The notes: generated from the letters alone by a model not told the origin. Shown: positions 12,716 through 23,422, numbered from the stretch's first letter. The stretch is 42,837 nt of DNA from Verrucomicrobiota bacterium (GCA_003972865.1 QOAX01000292.1:1-42837); one strand, 5' to 3'. Program-made: numbers and translations.

Positions 12716-13762
12716 ATGCACTCCATGCACATTTTTCGATCAATCGCTTTCGGACTGACGCTGGCGTTCTCGACCAGTGCCATTGCCCACCCGGACCAAG
12801 TCGCTGCGGCAGACATGGCCAACGCGGCCAACGCCTTCCTCGCGACACTCAAGCCGGAGCAGAAGGACAAGGCGACGTTCAAGCTCGATGACGCCAACCG
12901 CACTCGCTGGCACTTTGTCCCGACCGAGATGCACCCGCGCCACGGGCTGTCGTTCCGCGAGATGCAGCAGGATCAGCAGCACATGGCCTACGCGCTTTTG
13001 GCCTCGGTGTTGAGCGCCCGTGGCGTGCAAAAAACAGCACAGATCATGAGCCTCGAGCAGATTCTGCACGATGCCAACCCTAAGGGCCGATTTGCCCGCG
13101 ACCCGAAGTGGTACTTCGTCAGCATCTTCGGCAAGCCAAGTGTCAAAGGCACCTGGGGCTGGCGCTTCGAGGGGCACCACTTGTCGCTGAGTTTCACCGT
13201 GGTCGATGGCCATATCGGCGGATTGACGCCGGCCTTTTTCGGCACGAACCCCGGCACGGTTCTCGATGGCCCACGCAAAGGTTTGCAGGTGCTTGCTGCC
13301 GAGGAAAACACCGCACGGGCCCTGATCAAGTCGCTCGATGCTGAGCAGCGCAAAGTCGCCATCATCGCCGACAAAGCCCCGTCGGACATCATCACTAAGG
13401 CCGACCGCAAAGCCAGACGACTCGAGCCGCTTGGCTTGGCCGCGTCGGAGATGAACAAAAAACAGGCCGACCAGCTTCTGCGGCTCATCGAGGAATACCT
13501 CCGCAACTACCGCCCCGACTTGGCCGATGCGGGGGTCACACATTTCGAGGAGGTCAACCTCAGTAAGATTCACTTTGCATGGGCCGGTTCGCTCGAGCCA
13601 CGGCAGGGGCACTACTACCGTATCCAAGCGCCGGACTTCCTGATCGAGTACGACAACACGCAGAACGACGCCAACCACGTCCACTGTGTTTCGCGCGACT
13701 TAAAGCATGATTTCGGCGAAGACCTGCTCCGGCAGCACTACGAGCGGCACCACAAAAAGTAG
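12716..13762 (+). CDS. DUF3500 domain protein (secreted)
   Basis: Only the C-terminal 348 codons of ORF 11897..13762 are credible. Signal peptide MHSMHIFRSIAFGLTLAFSTSAIA, then RTRWHFVP, EGHHLSL and C-terminal EYDNTQNDANHVHCVSRDLKHDFGEDLL, typical of DUF3500. Confidence 0.85.
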   Translation: MHSMHIFRSIAFGLTLAFSTSAIAHPDQVAAADMANAANAFLATLKPEQKDKATFKLDDANRTRWHFVPTEMHPRHGLSFREMQQDQQHMAYALLASVLSARGVQKTAQIMSLEQILHDANPKGRFARDPKWYFVSIFGKPSVKGTWGWRFEGHHLSLSFTVVDGHIGGLTPAFFGTNPGTVLDGPRKGLQVLAAEENTARALIKSLDAEQRKVAIIADKAPSDIITKADRKARRLEPLGLAASEMNKKQADQLLRLIEEYLRNYRPDLADAGVTHFEEVNLSKIHFAWAGSLEPRQGHYYRIQAPDFLIEYDNTQNDANHVHCVSRDLKHDFGEDLLRQHYERHHKK

Positions 13763-13810
13763 GCTGCTTTTTTCACAACAACCTTTCGCAAGGCCGGCGG
13801 TGCGGGTAAC

Positions 13811-15040
13811 GTGCCCCGGCCTTGGCCTTGCCTCAGGCGCTTGGCCAAGTGCAAAACTGTTTTGAGCGACTCACCGAGCACAACTGCAAAAGAGGAAATC
13901 ACCCGGCCGGAGGTCGGCCAACGGGTCACGGTGCACATCGACGATGTTGCCTTCGGCGGCGAGGGTGTCGGGCGCGTGGATGGGTTCGTTGTGTTTGTGC
14001 CACTGGTGATCGAGGGCGAGACGGTCGAGGCCGAGATCACCGAGGTGAAGAAAAGTTTCGCGCGCGCCAACCTCGTCAAAGTCGTCGAGTCGGCGGAAAG
14101 TCGCGTCGAGCCTGAGTGCAGCTATTTCGGTGACTGCGGCGGCTGCCAGTACCAGCACATAGCGTACGAGGCGCAGTTGGCGATGAAGCAGAAACAGATC
14201 ACGGCGCTGTTCGAGCGCATCGGCGGTTTTTCGGAGAGCAAAGTTGCGCCGGTCGTCGCCTGCCCGCAGCCGTACAACTATCGCAACCGCATCCTCATTC
14301 GCAGCCAGTGGAACGGGAAAGCGAAGAAGCTGCTGGTCGGTTTCCGCAAACGCAACTCGCACTGGGTCGTCGAGATTGATGAATGCAAAATCGCCGAGCC
14401 GGCGTTGAACGCGCAGATCCCCGAGGTCCGCAACAACCCGCCGAGCAGGGGCGGCGTGAAGGTGAACCTGCGCGTGGCCCCGGAGGACTGGGTGGTGCCG
14501 GATCACTCCTTTTTTCAAACCAACTACTTCATGCTGCCGCGGATGGTCGAGGTGGTGCGCAAGATTTTTCAATCGAGCGGCTCGGACTATCTCATCGACG
14601 CCTATTGCGGCGTCGGGTTCTTGGGGATCGAGTTGGCGAGCCTGGCCAAGCGCTACGCCGGCGTGGAATACGACCACCGTGCCATCCTCGCCGCCCGCGA
14701 AAACGCCGCCAAATTCGGCGGCGACAACGGCGAATTCGTCGAGGGCCGCACCGAGCATCTGTTGCCGGAGCTTTTGGCCAAGTTCGAGGCCGGCAACACC
14801 ACCGTCATTCTCGATCCGCCCCGCAAAGGCTGCGTACCGACGGCGATCGGGCAATTACGCGAAATCAGGCCGACGCAGATTATTTATGTCTCGTGCCACC
14901 CCGCCACGCTGGCACGGGATTTGAACGCTCTCTGTGCCGATGGGGTCTATCGTCTGAAGCAGGTCGTTCCGCTCGACATGTTTCCCCACACCCAGCACGT
15001 GGAGTGCGTGACCGACCTGCGGCTCAACTCCAGCACGTGA
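13811..15040 (+). CDS. TRAM-domain 23S rRNA (uracil-5)-methyltransferase, RlmD/RumA family
   Basis: TRAM-like N-terminus (VTVHIDDVAFGGEGVGRVDGFVVFVPLVIEGETVEAEI). Fe-S cysteine cluster CSYFGDCGGCQYQH. SAM motif DAYCGVGFLGIELA and catalytic-region YVSCHPATLARDL. The GTG start at 13811 is uncertain. Confidence 0.85.
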   Translation: MPRPWPCLRRLAKCKTVLSDSPSTTAKEEITRPEVGQRVTVHIDDVAFGGEGVGRVDGFVVFVPLVIEGETVEAEITEVKKSFARANLVKVVESAESRVEPECSYFGDCGGCQYQHIAYEAQLAMKQKQITALFERIGGFSESKVAPVVACPQPYNYRNRILIRSQWNGKAKKLLVGFRKRNSHWVVEIDECKIAEPALNAQIPEVRNNPPSRGGVKVNLRVAPEDWVVPDHSFFQTNYFMLPRMVEVVRKIFQSSGSDYLIDAYCGVGFLGIELASLAKRYAGVEYDHRAILAARENAAKFGGDNGEFVEGRTEHLLPELLAKFEAGNTTVILDPPRKGCVPTAIGQLREIRPTQIIYVSCHPATLARDLNALCADGVYRLKQVVPLDMFPHTQHVECVTDLRLNSST

Positions 15041-15077
15041 ACCGGCAGCACAGAGAACCATCCCGCCAAAACCGGTC

Positions 15078-18000
15078 TTGCAAAGGATGGGCGGGTTGGT
15101 TTCAACTGTCGCCGCAACCGAGTCAATGGCAGAACATAGCAACCCGCTGAAGTCATTTACTGCAACCCGCCTCCCCTGGGCCGTCGCCCTGGGCGCGGTG
15201 GTGCTGTACCTCGCCACGCTGCACTCGTGGATCAGTTTTGCGAGCCTGCCCGCCGTGTCGGACGTCGGGGGGTGGAACGACCGGCCGCAGTCCGGGGCTC
15301 CTCTCTTGTATCTGCTCACGCTGCCGCTGCGAGTGCTGCCGGCCTCGGTGGTGCCGACGGCGATGAACGCCCTCGCCGCACTGTTCGGGGCGTTGACACT
15401 GGCGCTGCTCGCGCGCTCGGTGGTGCTGCTCCCGCACGACCGCACCAGAGAGCAACGGCAACGCGAGCAAAGCGCGCACTCGCTCCTGAGCCTGCGCAGC
15501 AACTGGGTGCCCGCACTGTTTGCGGCACTGGTGTGCGGCCTGCAGCTGAGTTTCTGGCAACACGCCACGGCCGGCACCGGCGAGATGCTTAACGTGTTGT
15601 TGTTCGCCCTTGTCATCCGTTGCCTGCTCGAGTACCGGATCGACCACAAGACCCAGTGGCTGACCCGTGCCGTGCTCGTGTACGCGGTCGGCATCACGAA
15701 CAACTGGGGCATGGTGGGATTCCTGCCGATGTTCTGTGTCGCCCTGCTCTGGACGGCCCGCATGCGGTTGTTCCAGGAGGGCCTGCCGCTGAAACTGGCG
15801 CTGAACGCCCTGGCCGGCTTGTCGCTCTATTTGTTGCTGCCAGTGATCGCCGTGATATTCGGCAGCGGGGAGACCTTCGCGGACGTGTTGATGGAAAACC
15901 TTGGGTTGCAGAAGTCGTTTCTCGGGAGCCTGTTCAGCCAGCGGCTGATGGTGTTGGTGATGGCCTCCACGGCGATCCTGCCGCTGCTGCTGGTGAGCAT
16001 TCGTTGGCCCGCGAATTTTGGCGACACAAACGCCGCCGCCTCGGCGATTACGACCGGCCTCCTCCGGTTGGTGCATTTTCTATTCCTCGCAGTTTGCGTT
16101 TATGTGGCCTTCGACCACGTGGTCAGCCCGCGCAAACTGGTCAACCTGCCGCAGGTCACCGGAATCGGCGCACCGTTCCTGACGTTTTACTATCTTGGCG
16201 CGCTGAGCATCGGGTATTTTATGGGTTACCTGCTGCTGCTGTCCGGCAAGGAAGAGGCCCGGCAATGGCGCAAGCCGTCCGAGCTGGGCAAGGCGCTGAA
16301 TCGGGGGCTGCATATCGGGCTGCAGATTGGCGCCCTAGTGGTCATCGCAATGCTGGCTTGGCGGAATTTGGGAACCATCGCCGTCAACAACAAAAACGAC
16401 GTGGCCGGTACCTACGCAAAATGGCTGGCCGGCAATCTGCCCGACGGGAAAGCCATCCTGTTCACTGACAACGACATGAGCCCGCAAAGCCAGCTCCTGC
16501 GGGCGGAGTTGGCACGGTCCGATGCCGGCGGGCAAACCTTGCTGGTACAGACGCACAAATTGGCGTCCCCCGATTATCAATTGCGCTTGGCCAAGCGCGA
16601 CAACCCGCTTTGGCCACTCCCGCCGAAAGAGGTGCATGAGGCCAAGCGCATCGATCAGTTGCAGATTCTGACCATGCTCAATGACGTTAGCGACACCACG
16701 CCGATCTACTATCTGCACCCCAGTTTCGGATACTTCTTTGAGCAGTTTTACCTGAGTCCCGAGAAAGGGATTTTCCGACTGATGCCCTACCCCTCCGGGG
16801 CCGACACGCTGGACAAGCCGCCCCTGACCAGCGGGCAGGTCACGGCCAACACAACCCTTGCCGAGACCATCTGGGATCAGTTCAACGACTTCCCCGAGAA
16901 AAGCGAACATCTATGGAAGAATCAGTTTCTCGACTCGTTGATCATCATGGGTTGGCTCTCCCGAAACCTGAACCACCGGGGAGTGAACCTCGCCCGAAAC
17001 AACCAGTCGGAGGCCGCTGAAAAACTCTTACTCGCCGCCTGCAAACTTTACGAGGGAAGCCGAAATGGCAACGTGATCGCCCAGGCCAATCTGCGACAAT
17101 TCAATCCCAAGGCCGACTACGAATTTGATGAAGAACTGGATCTGCTGATCGGGGAGGATCGACTCCTGGCCCTGTCGCGAATCGACAGCACACTGAAGTC
17201 ATACGGCCCGTTCGACCTAGCGCAGGCCTGCTTCCAGCTTGGCCAAAACTTCGCGCGAAAAACCCAGATTCGCCAGGCCTACCACGAACTGACGCGAGCC
17301 GCCGAACTCGCGAAAACCCTGCCCGACCCCGTCTTTTTCATTGCGGACATGTTTGTGTCGTACGGGCTTCCCGAAAAGGCGAAACTCTTCATCGAGCGGC
17401 TCGCGACAATGAACGAGGCAAACCCGTTTACGCCTGACCAGCAAATCAAGTTGATCCGGCTCAAGGCAGGTTTGTTGCTGGCCAATTCCGGGCCCGCTGA
17501 AGCCGAAAAATATTTGGTCAACCAGTTGAAGCCGCACATGAATTCCATCCCGGGCCTCCACACCTTGCTGGCTTTTCACCTGGATCACGACCAGAACGCG
17601 AAAGCCCTGGCACTGCTGGACAATTGGCTCAAGGATTACCCGGATGACTTGGCCACACTGACCGACAAAGGCCAGTTGCTCTCCAGATTGAAACGCTACG
17701 ACGAAGCGGTTGCGGTGTACGAGTCAGCCATCAAGCAGGCCAGCTCGCAGGAAGAATCCAACCTGATTTCGTTGATCGCCGCCGCCTGCACCGAAAAGGG
17801 CGATTTTGAGTCGGCGTTGGAACACATCAACAACGCCATCGACCGAACCGGCGCGGACAACTTCAAGTTCCAGAAAGCCACCATTTACATGAAGATGGAA
17901 CAGCACGGGGAAGCCATCGACCTGTTTAACGACCTTCTCGATGACAACCCCAACCATGAGGAAATCCTGCTCAACCGCGCCGAGTCGCACATGGTTCTCA

Positions 18001-18230
18001 AGCAATACGCCGAGGCCAAGGAGGACTTCTCCACGCTGCAGTCATTCGCCCCCAACGACCCGCGCAACTACTACCGCTTCGCCCAGATCGCCGAGGCCCA
18101 AAACCAGATCGCCGAGGAGCTGAAAAACTACACTCTGTTCCTGGAGTACGTTGATCCCGAGTCTGTCCCGGCGGAGGAGTTGCAGCGGGTGCAAATCCGG
18201 GTGAAACAACTGCAGGACGACACGCCGTGA
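15078..18230 (+). CDS. large membrane protein: DUF2723/PMT-like glycosyltransferase-type N-terminal domain plus C-terminal TPR repeats
   Basis: 1050 aa. The N-terminal ~450 aa has many hydrophobic helices. The C-terminal half has TPR-like repeats (e.g. YDEAVAVYESAIKQ, FESALEHINNAIDR, HGEAIDLFNDLLDDNPNH, YAEAKEDFSTLQSFAPNDP). Possible starts are TTG 15078, ATG 15087 and ATG 15126. The family call is by pattern only. Confidence 0.75.
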   Translation: MQRMGGLVSTVAATESMAEHSNPLKSFTATRLPWAVALGAVVLYLATLHSWISFASLPAVSDVGGWNDRPQSGAPLLYLLTLPLRVLPASVVPTAMNALAALFGALTLALLARSVVLLPHDRTREQRQREQSAHSLLSLRSNWVPALFAALVCGLQLSFWQHATAGTGEMLNVLLFALVIRCLLEYRIDHKTQWLTRAVLVYAVGITNNWGMVGFLPMFCVALLWTARMRLFQEGLPLKLALNALAGLSLYLLLPVIAVIFGSGETFADVLMENLGLQKSFLGSLFSQRLMVLVMASTAILPLLLVSIRWPANFGDTNAAASAITTGLLRLVHFLFLAVCVYVAFDHVVSPRKLVNLPQVTGIGAPFLTFYYLGALSIGYFMGYLLLLSGKEEARQWRKPSELGKALNRGLHIGLQIGALVVIAMLAWRNLGTIAVNNKNDVAGTYAKWLAGNLPDGKAILFTDNDMSPQSQLLRAELARSDAGGQTLLVQTHKLASPDYQLRLAKRDNPLWPLPPKEVHEAKRIDQLQILTMLNDVSDTTPIYYLHPSFGYFFEQFYLSPEKGIFRLMPYPSGADTLDKPPLTSGQVTANTTLAETIWDQFNDFPEKSEHLWKNQFLDSLIIMGWLSRNLNHRGVNLARNNQSEAAEKLLLAACKLYEGSRNGNVIAQANLRQFNPKADYEFDEELDLLIGEDRLLALSRIDSTLKSYGPFDLAQACFQLGQNFARKTQIRQAYHELTRAAELAKTLPDPVFFIADMFVSYGLPEKAKLFIERLATMNEANPFTPDQQIKLIRLKAGLLLANSGPAEAEKYLVNQLKPHMNSIPGLHTLLAFHLDHDQNAKALALLDNWLKDYPDDLATLTDKGQLLSRLKRYDEAVAVYESAIKQASSQEESNLISLIAAACTEKGDFESALEHINNAIDRTGADNFKFQKATIYMKMEQHGEAIDLFNDLLDDNPNHEEILLNRAESHMVLKQYAEAKEDFSTLQSFAPNDPRNYYRFAQIAEAQNQIAEELKNYTLFLEYVDPESVPAEELQRVQIRVKQLQDDTP
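16583..16598. repeat. longest copy of the iterated palindrome: GCGCTTGGCCAAGCGC (16-bp perfect palindrome)
   Basis: Read directly. Lies inside the TPR/DUF2723 gene, where it encodes R-L-A-K-R. Confidence 0.9.
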
Positions 18231-18235
18231 CCCCC

Positions 18236-19387
18236 ATGCGCGTGGCGCATGTCATCACCCGTCTCATCATCGGTGGCGCGCAGGAAAACACCGTCGCGAC
18301 TGTCCTTGGCCTGCAGGAAAAGCCGGACGTCGATGTCCGGCTTTACTGCGGCCCCACCATCGGCCCCGAGGGTTCACTCGAGCCGCTCGTTGAAAACGTC
18401 GACGGACTGTTTCACCGCGTCCCCAAACTCATCCGGCCCATCCGGCCGCTGAGCGACTATCTTGCCTACCGGCAACTCAAGCGCGGGTTCGAGTCGTTCC
18501 GGCCGGACATCGTGCACACGCACAGCGGCAAAGCCGGCTTCATCGGGCGCTTGGCCGCCTGGCGCGCCGGCGTGCCAAAAATCATCCACTCGATTCACGG
18601 CCCATCGTTTGGCCCGTTTCAGGGGCGCCTGGCCAACGGCCTGTTCCGCAGCGCCGAGCGATTGGCCGGACGAATGACCGAACATTTCGTCACCGTCGCC
18701 GACGCCATGCGCGACCAGTACCTCGCCGCCGGCATCGGCCAGGCGGACGGCTACACGCGCATCCCGAGCGGCTTCGACCTCGAGCCGTTTTTGCGGGCCG
18801 AAAACTCACCGAAACTCCGCCAGCGGCTTGGCCTGTCGCCGGGCGACTTCGTCGTCGGCAAGATTGCCCGGCTCTTCGAGTTGAAGGGGCACGACGACCT
18901 GTTCGCCATCGCGCCGAGCCTGGCCAGGCGTATCCCGAACATCCGCTTCCTGCTCGTCGGCGACGGCGTGTGGCGAGGCCGGTTCGAGCGCCTGGCCAAG
19001 CAGATCGGCTGCGGGCAAAACTTCGTCTTCACCGGCCTCGTGCCGCCGTCCGAAATCCCGTCGCTCGTCGGCGTGATGGATGCGCTCGTGCACCTCTCCC
19101 GCCGCGAAGGCCTGCCGCGCGCCCTGCCCCAGGCCATGGCCGCCGCCAAGCCGGTCGTGGCCTACGATTGCGACGGCGCGGGCGAAGTCTGTCTCGATGA
19201 AAAAACCGCCTACCTCATCGCGCCGGGCGACCTGGCCAAGCTGGAGGAGTGCCTGGCCAAGCTGGCCGGGGACGCGGCGTCGCGAACCGCGCTTGGCCAA
19301 GCGGGCCGGGCGCTCGTAAAGGAAGAGTTCACCGTCGAGCAACTCGTCGAGCGGCAGTACGAACTTTATAAACGGTTGCTCGCCTGA
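18236..19387 (+). CDS. glycosyltransferase family 4 (GT-B, GT1/GT4-like)
   Basis: MRVAHVITRLIIGGAQENT N-terminus and C-terminal EGLPRALPQAMAAAKPVVAYDCDGAGE (EX7E-type region) are typical of GT4. Preferred start is ATG 18236. The GTG at 18227 would overlap the upstream stop (GTGA). Confidence 0.85.
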   Translation: MRVAHVITRLIIGGAQENTVATVLGLQEKPDVDVRLYCGPTIGPEGSLEPLVENVDGLFHRVPKLIRPIRPLSDYLAYRQLKRGFESFRPDIVHTHSGKAGFIGRLAAWRAGVPKIIHSIHGPSFGPFQGRLANGLFRSAERLAGRMTEHFVTVADAMRDQYLAAGIGQADGYTRIPSGFDLEPFLRAENSPKLRQRLGLSPGDFVVGKIARLFELKGHDDLFAIAPSLARRIPNIRFLLVGDGVWRGRFERLAKQIGCGQNFVFTGLVPPSEIPSLVGVMDALVHLSRREGLPRALPQAMAAAKPVVAYDCDGAGEVCLDEKTAYLIAPGDLAKLEECLAKLAGDAASRTALGQAGRALVKEEFTVEQLVERQYELYKRLLA

Positions 19388-19391
19388 GCAG

Positions 19392-20801
19392 TCAGGCTAG
19401 GATGGAGCTGATGTGGCGGGGCTCGCGCTTGGCTGGGCCGAGTCGGCCCTTGGCACCCACGGCGCTGAGCATTGTGTTGTACACATCGAGCCCCTCGGCA
19501 CCGACGTCCACGATGCCGGACTTGAACCGGCCGTTGGCGCCGGTGATCGCGTGGAACACGCCGGAGAGTTCGCGCTTGGAGTCGTTGTGCCGGCCGTCGC
19601 CCGACTCGGTGGAGATGGTGATCATCGAGTTCTCGAGGATCGACCGGCCGTTGGCCTCCTTCTGCTCATCGAGCCGGTGCAGGAAATAGGCAACCTCGCG
19701 CATCTTCATGTGGGCATGGGCGCGGAGTTGGGTGTTCTTTTTCTTCTCGTTGAACTTGTGCCACCACTCGTGGCTGCATCCCTTGTCAGCGGTGGCGTTG
19801 TGCTGGGTTGCGTCGTCGAAATGGAAAACTTTCCGCCCGCCGTATTCGTAGTCGCCGGTCAGCCGAATCCGCTCGCCGGCGGCGAGGAAGGTCAGCGAGC
19901 CGAACCGCACACGATCCATCTGGATGGCCAGTGCGTACAGGTCGGCCATCAGGCGCCACTCGATGGTGAGTTCCTCGAGCGTGATATCGATGCCCATGCC
20001 GCCGGGGTCGGCCGGCCCGCCGTGGGCGACCTTCGAGCGCGGCGGCAGCGCTGGTGCACCGGGGAGTTTCTTTTTCATCTCGAACGCGCGCTGCTCAAAC
20101 TCGCGGATGCGCTCGAGGTGCTCGGTGACACGGGCCTTGGACGCCGTCCCCAGCGGGGAGTTGGCGCCGGTGTAAAACTTGTACTGATCTACGACCGTAT
20201 CGAGCACGCTGCGCTTGAGACGCTGCTTGCGGGCATCGCCACTGGCCCCGACGGACACCATGCCGAACACGCGGTCAAACAGGTCGCGTGGTTTCTCCTG
20301 CATCGTCCCGGCAACGGTGCCGTCGGCGTTGTAGCTGTGCAGGTAACGCCCGACGCGGCTCCGGCGGAAGTACGTTCCGCCAATGAGCGTCGGCACCATG
20401 CCGGCCGGCATGCCGTTGGGATAAAAAGTTTTGCGAACGACCTGGTCGATGGAGGGGCCACCGGCCTTGGCTTCACCCCCAGCCGGCATGGCCGTGAACG
20501 AACCGGTCGCGCCGTCGTAATGGGCGTTGATGCCGCTGACATCGCACCGCACCTGGTCGACCTTGCGCATGATGAGCAGCTTGTCGCGGAGTGGCTTGAG
20601 CGGCTCGAGCACGCCGCCGATTCCCTCCGTTTGCAGCGGAGCCGGAATGCCCAGCCCAAAGAACACGTTGAACGCCCGTACCGGCACGGCCTTGGCTCCG
20701 GCTGCCACGGCACTCGTACCGGCCATCTCCTCAAGGAGTGGCAGGCCAATCGTGATGCCGCCCAATCCCTTGAGCACGGTTCGCCTGTTTATCCTGTTCA
20801 T
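19392..20801 (-). CDS. DUF1552 domain protein
   Basis: 469 aa. N-terminus MNRINRRTVLKGLGGITIGLPLLEEM is the usual DUF1552 Tat-like start. The start codon overlaps the stop of the upstream DUF1592-family gene by 1 nt (TGATG). Confidence 0.9.
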   Translation of the reverse strand: MNRINRRTVLKGLGGITIGLPLLEEMAGTSAVAAGAKAVPVRAFNVFFGLGIPAPLQTEGIGGVLEPLKPLRDKLLIMRKVDQVRCDVSGINAHYDGATGSFTAMPAGGEAKAGGPSIDQVVRKTFYPNGMPAGMVPTLIGGTYFRRSRVGRYLHSYNADGTVAGTMQEKPRDLFDRVFGMVSVGASGDARKQRLKRSVLDTVVDQYKFYTGANSPLGTASKARVTEHLERIREFEQRAFEMKKKLPGAPALPPRSKVAHGGPADPGGMGIDITLEELTIEWRLMADLYALAIQMDRVRFGSLTFLAAGERIRLTGDYEYGGRKVFHFDDATQHNATADKGCSHEWWHKFNEKKKNTQLRAHAHMKMREVAYFLHRLDEQKEANGRSILENSMITISTESGDGRHNDSKRELSGVFHAITGANGRFKSGIVDVGAEGLDVYNTMLSAVGAKGRLGPAKREPRHISSILA

Positions 20802-23422
20802 CAGTTTGCCTCAGTTTGTGTTTTTTGCACCAAGTCGCTTTTTATGATGGCCCGCATCAGGCTGGCATAGGTGCCGCCCCCCTTCTGCGCGGCTCGGTGA
20901 ACCTTGTCAAGCGTGCGGGAATCCGCCGGGCCCATCGGCCGGCCAAGCGCGAACTGGGCCACCTTCCACGTCAGGCATTGCTGGACGCGGTCATTGCCGG
21001 CAAGCAGGTTCATTAGCTCGGCGGAAGACTGGTACGGCACCGGCTTGGCCGTGCCGGGAAAGAGGATTTCGCCGTCGTCACGGAGCGCGTTGCCGTGCTC
21101 GTCCTTTTCGTGAAACGCGCCGATGCCATCGAACTTTTCCAGCCCGAATGCCAGCGGCTCGAACTTGATGTGGCAGACGCCGCAGGTCTTGTCCGCGATG
21201 CGTTTCCTGGCGATGTTGCGCTGGGTCAACCCGGCCTTCGATGGTACCGGCTCGGTGTTGACCGATGGCGGCGGATCATTCACCCCGCTTCGCAGGATGT
21301 CGCGCAGCACGAAGAGTCCGCGCGTCACCATCGACGCCTCATCGCCGCCAATGGTCAACACGCTGCCCTGGGTCAGCAGGCCACCCCGCTCGGGGACGGA
21401 TTTCAGGTCGTACCGGGTCATGCCGCTGCCCTGCACCGGCAGGCCGTAGTGCTTGGCCAAGCGCGGCGTGGCATAGGTGACCTTGGCGTTGAGCAGGTCG
21501 GCCATCGGGCGGTTTTGTTTCCAGACCACGTCGTCGAAAAAAGCGATCGTCTCGGCGCGCATGTCCTTGGCCAAGGCTGTGTTCCACTGCGGGAATTTTT
21601 CCGGGTTGGGCTTCATGTTGGCCAAGCGGCCGAGGTTCAGCCATTCGTGAATGAACTCGGCGGAGCGCCTGGCCGCCCGCGGGTCGTCGAGCATCCGCTT
21701 GAGTTGGACCTCCAAGCCGTCGTCCTCGAAGAGTTGCCCGTTCTCGGCCGCCTTCAGCAGTTGAGCATCGGGCGGCGCACCCCAGATAATGTAGCTTATG
21801 CGTGAGGCCAACTCGTACTCGTTCACCGGCCAGGCGGTGCCATCGCCGCGCTCGTTCTCGACGCGGTAAATGAAGCGGGGCGACTGCAGCATCGCCTCGA
21901 CCAGCAGCGCCAGAGCCTCCTCGAACGTCCCCCCGGCGCTGGCCACGGTGGTGGAAATCCCCCGAAACGCAGCCACCTCATGCTCCTCGAGTGGTCCCCG
22001 GAAAAACCACTGGCCCATCTTGGCCACGAGATCGCGCATGATGTCGTCGGTGAACCCCTGTTTTTTGGAGAAGCGCCTCACGAATTGCCTCACGTTCATT
22101 TTGCCGACGACGATGCCGGCGAGTCTCGAGTAGCCCTCGATGTGCTTAAGATCCACGGAGAGATTGTAGGCGGTATTGCTGAAGCCGTCGGCCCGGATAT
22201 CCGGCGGCAGAATTTCCCGCGCCTCCTTCGCGATGTCCACGCTGGTCAGGCTCCGCACGGTCTCGATGTACTCCGGCACCGTGAGACGGCGCACCCAGTT
22301 TTGAGCCGCGCGGCGGTCGAACGTGTGGGCCAGCGGATCGATTTCCTCGCCAGCCCAAACCGCCCCGTCGTCGATCCATTTGCGGAGTTTCGTCTTCTCG
22401 GCGGCGCTCAACGGATCGCGCTCGTTCGGCATGTCGTCCGCCTCGACGACCTCCCACAACAGGCTCTCCGCCGACTTGCCGGGGACGATCACGGTTTCCT
22501 TTTTCGAGGTGGCAAACGCGGTTGATTTTTGGGACAAGTCCAGCGTGCCCTTGTGGTTCACCGTGTCGTGGCACTCGAGGCAGTGGCGCGAAAGCAGCGG
22601 CGCAATCTCCCGCTCAAAAAACCGCTCCTGGGGGGACTGTGTTCGCCCGGCGAGTTTCGCGCCGGGGGACCGGGCGTTCACGCCGGCCTTGAAATGGTCG
22701 GCGACCTCCCCGGCCGACAAGTCGCGGCTGTAAATCGCCACGAGATGAAACGTCCCCAGCCAAGGCCGATCCTTTGTAAGCTCGTTGGCCAAGGCCAAGC
22801 GGTATTTGCCGTTCCAGTTGGTCGTCGTGCCGGCTACGCGCTTTTCGGTTTGCTGTTTGCCATTGATGAAAAGCCTTGCGCGCCCGCCGCGATTGCGGGT
22901 GTACACCACGTGGGTCAGCTTGGATGCGAGGCTCCGGCTGGGGCCGCCAAGCGAGGGGGCGCCGTTCCCGCTGGTCTGGGTTGTGCGCAACCGCACGTCC
23001 ACCTTGTCGCCCTCCTGGCCAAGCGTGAAGTTGCGCTCGGAACTGTTGGCGGACAGCGTGACCATCCGCGCCGGGCCGTCCTGCCGGGTGTTGGCCGGAC
23101 GCAGCCATGCCTCGATGGTGATCTCGCCGGAGCGGCGCACGGCCTTGAACACCTTGTCCGCCCGCTTGTCGGATCGTATGAGCGTCGGGCCGCGCACCTC
23201 GAGGGCGCCCTCGGAACGGCGCACGTTTTTGGGATTCTCAATTTTCAGGTTCAGCGGCTGGCCCGCGCCGGAGCGATCCCTGACGATGCCGCCCTTGGCC
23301 AAGCGGAAATCGTACAGCACCACCAAGCCGTCACTGCTCCGCCCGGCCGCCCACATGCCAAACGGTCTGACCAGCCCGGCCAGAATTAAAAACACTATTA
23401 GTTGGCTGAAAAAAGCCCTCAC
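20801..23422 (-). CDS. DUF1592/DUF1588/DUF1595/DUF1587/DUF1585 family protein with N-terminal LamG-like domain and CxxCH motifs
   Basis: 873 aa with a GTG start and a signal-like MRAFFSQLIVFLILAGLV. N-terminal concanavalin/LamG-like segment (EITIEAWLRPAN...RMVTLSANSSERNFTLGQEGD). CxxCH motifs CLECHD and CGVCH. It is the usual partner of DUF1552. Confidence 0.9.
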   Translation of the reverse strand: MRAFFSQLIVFLILAGLVRPFGMWAAGRSSDGLVVLYDFRLAKGGIVRDRSGAGQPLNLKIENPKNVRRSEGALEVRGPTLIRSDKRADKVFKAVRRSGEITIEAWLRPANTRQDGPARMVTLSANSSERNFTLGQEGDKVDVRLRTTQTSGNGAPSLGGPSRSLASKLTHVVYTRNRGGRARLFINGKQQTEKRVAGTTTNWNGKYRLALANELTKDRPWLGTFHLVAIYSRDLSAGEVADHFKAGVNARSPGAKLAGRTQSPQERFFEREIAPLLSRHCLECHDTVNHKGTLDLSQKSTAFATSKKETVIVPGKSAESLLWEVVEADDMPNERDPLSAAEKTKLRKWIDDGAVWAGEEIDPLAHTFDRRAAQNWVRRLTVPEYIETVRSLTSVDIAKEAREILPPDIRADGFSNTAYNLSVDLKHIEGYSRLAGIVVGKMNVRQFVRRFSKKQGFTDDIMRDLVAKMGQWFFRGPLEEHEVAAFRGISTTVASAGGTFEEALALLVEAMLQSPRFIYRVENERGDGTAWPVNEYELASRISYIIWGAPPDAQLLKAAENGQLFEDDGLEVQLKRMLDDPRAARRSAEFIHEWLNLGRLANMKPNPEKFPQWNTALAKDMRAETIAFFDDVVWKQNRPMADLLNAKVTYATPRLAKHYGLPVQGSGMTRYDLKSVPERGGLLTQGSVLTIGGDEASMVTRGLFVLRDILRSGVNDPPPSVNTEPVPSKAGLTQRNIARKRIADKTCGVCHIKFEPLAFGLEKFDGIGAFHEKDEHGNALRDDGEILFPGTAKPVPYQSSAELMNLLAGNDRVQQCLTWKVAQFALGRPMGPADSRTLDKVHRAAQKGGGTYASLMRAIIKSDLVQKTQTEAN

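Noticed and set aside
19382-19397. Hairpin gcctga-gcag-tcaggc spanning the stops of the convergent GT4 and DUF1552 genes, considered as a bidirectional terminator.
   Set aside because: The stem is only 6 bp and has no U-tract on either strand, which is too weak to call a terminator.
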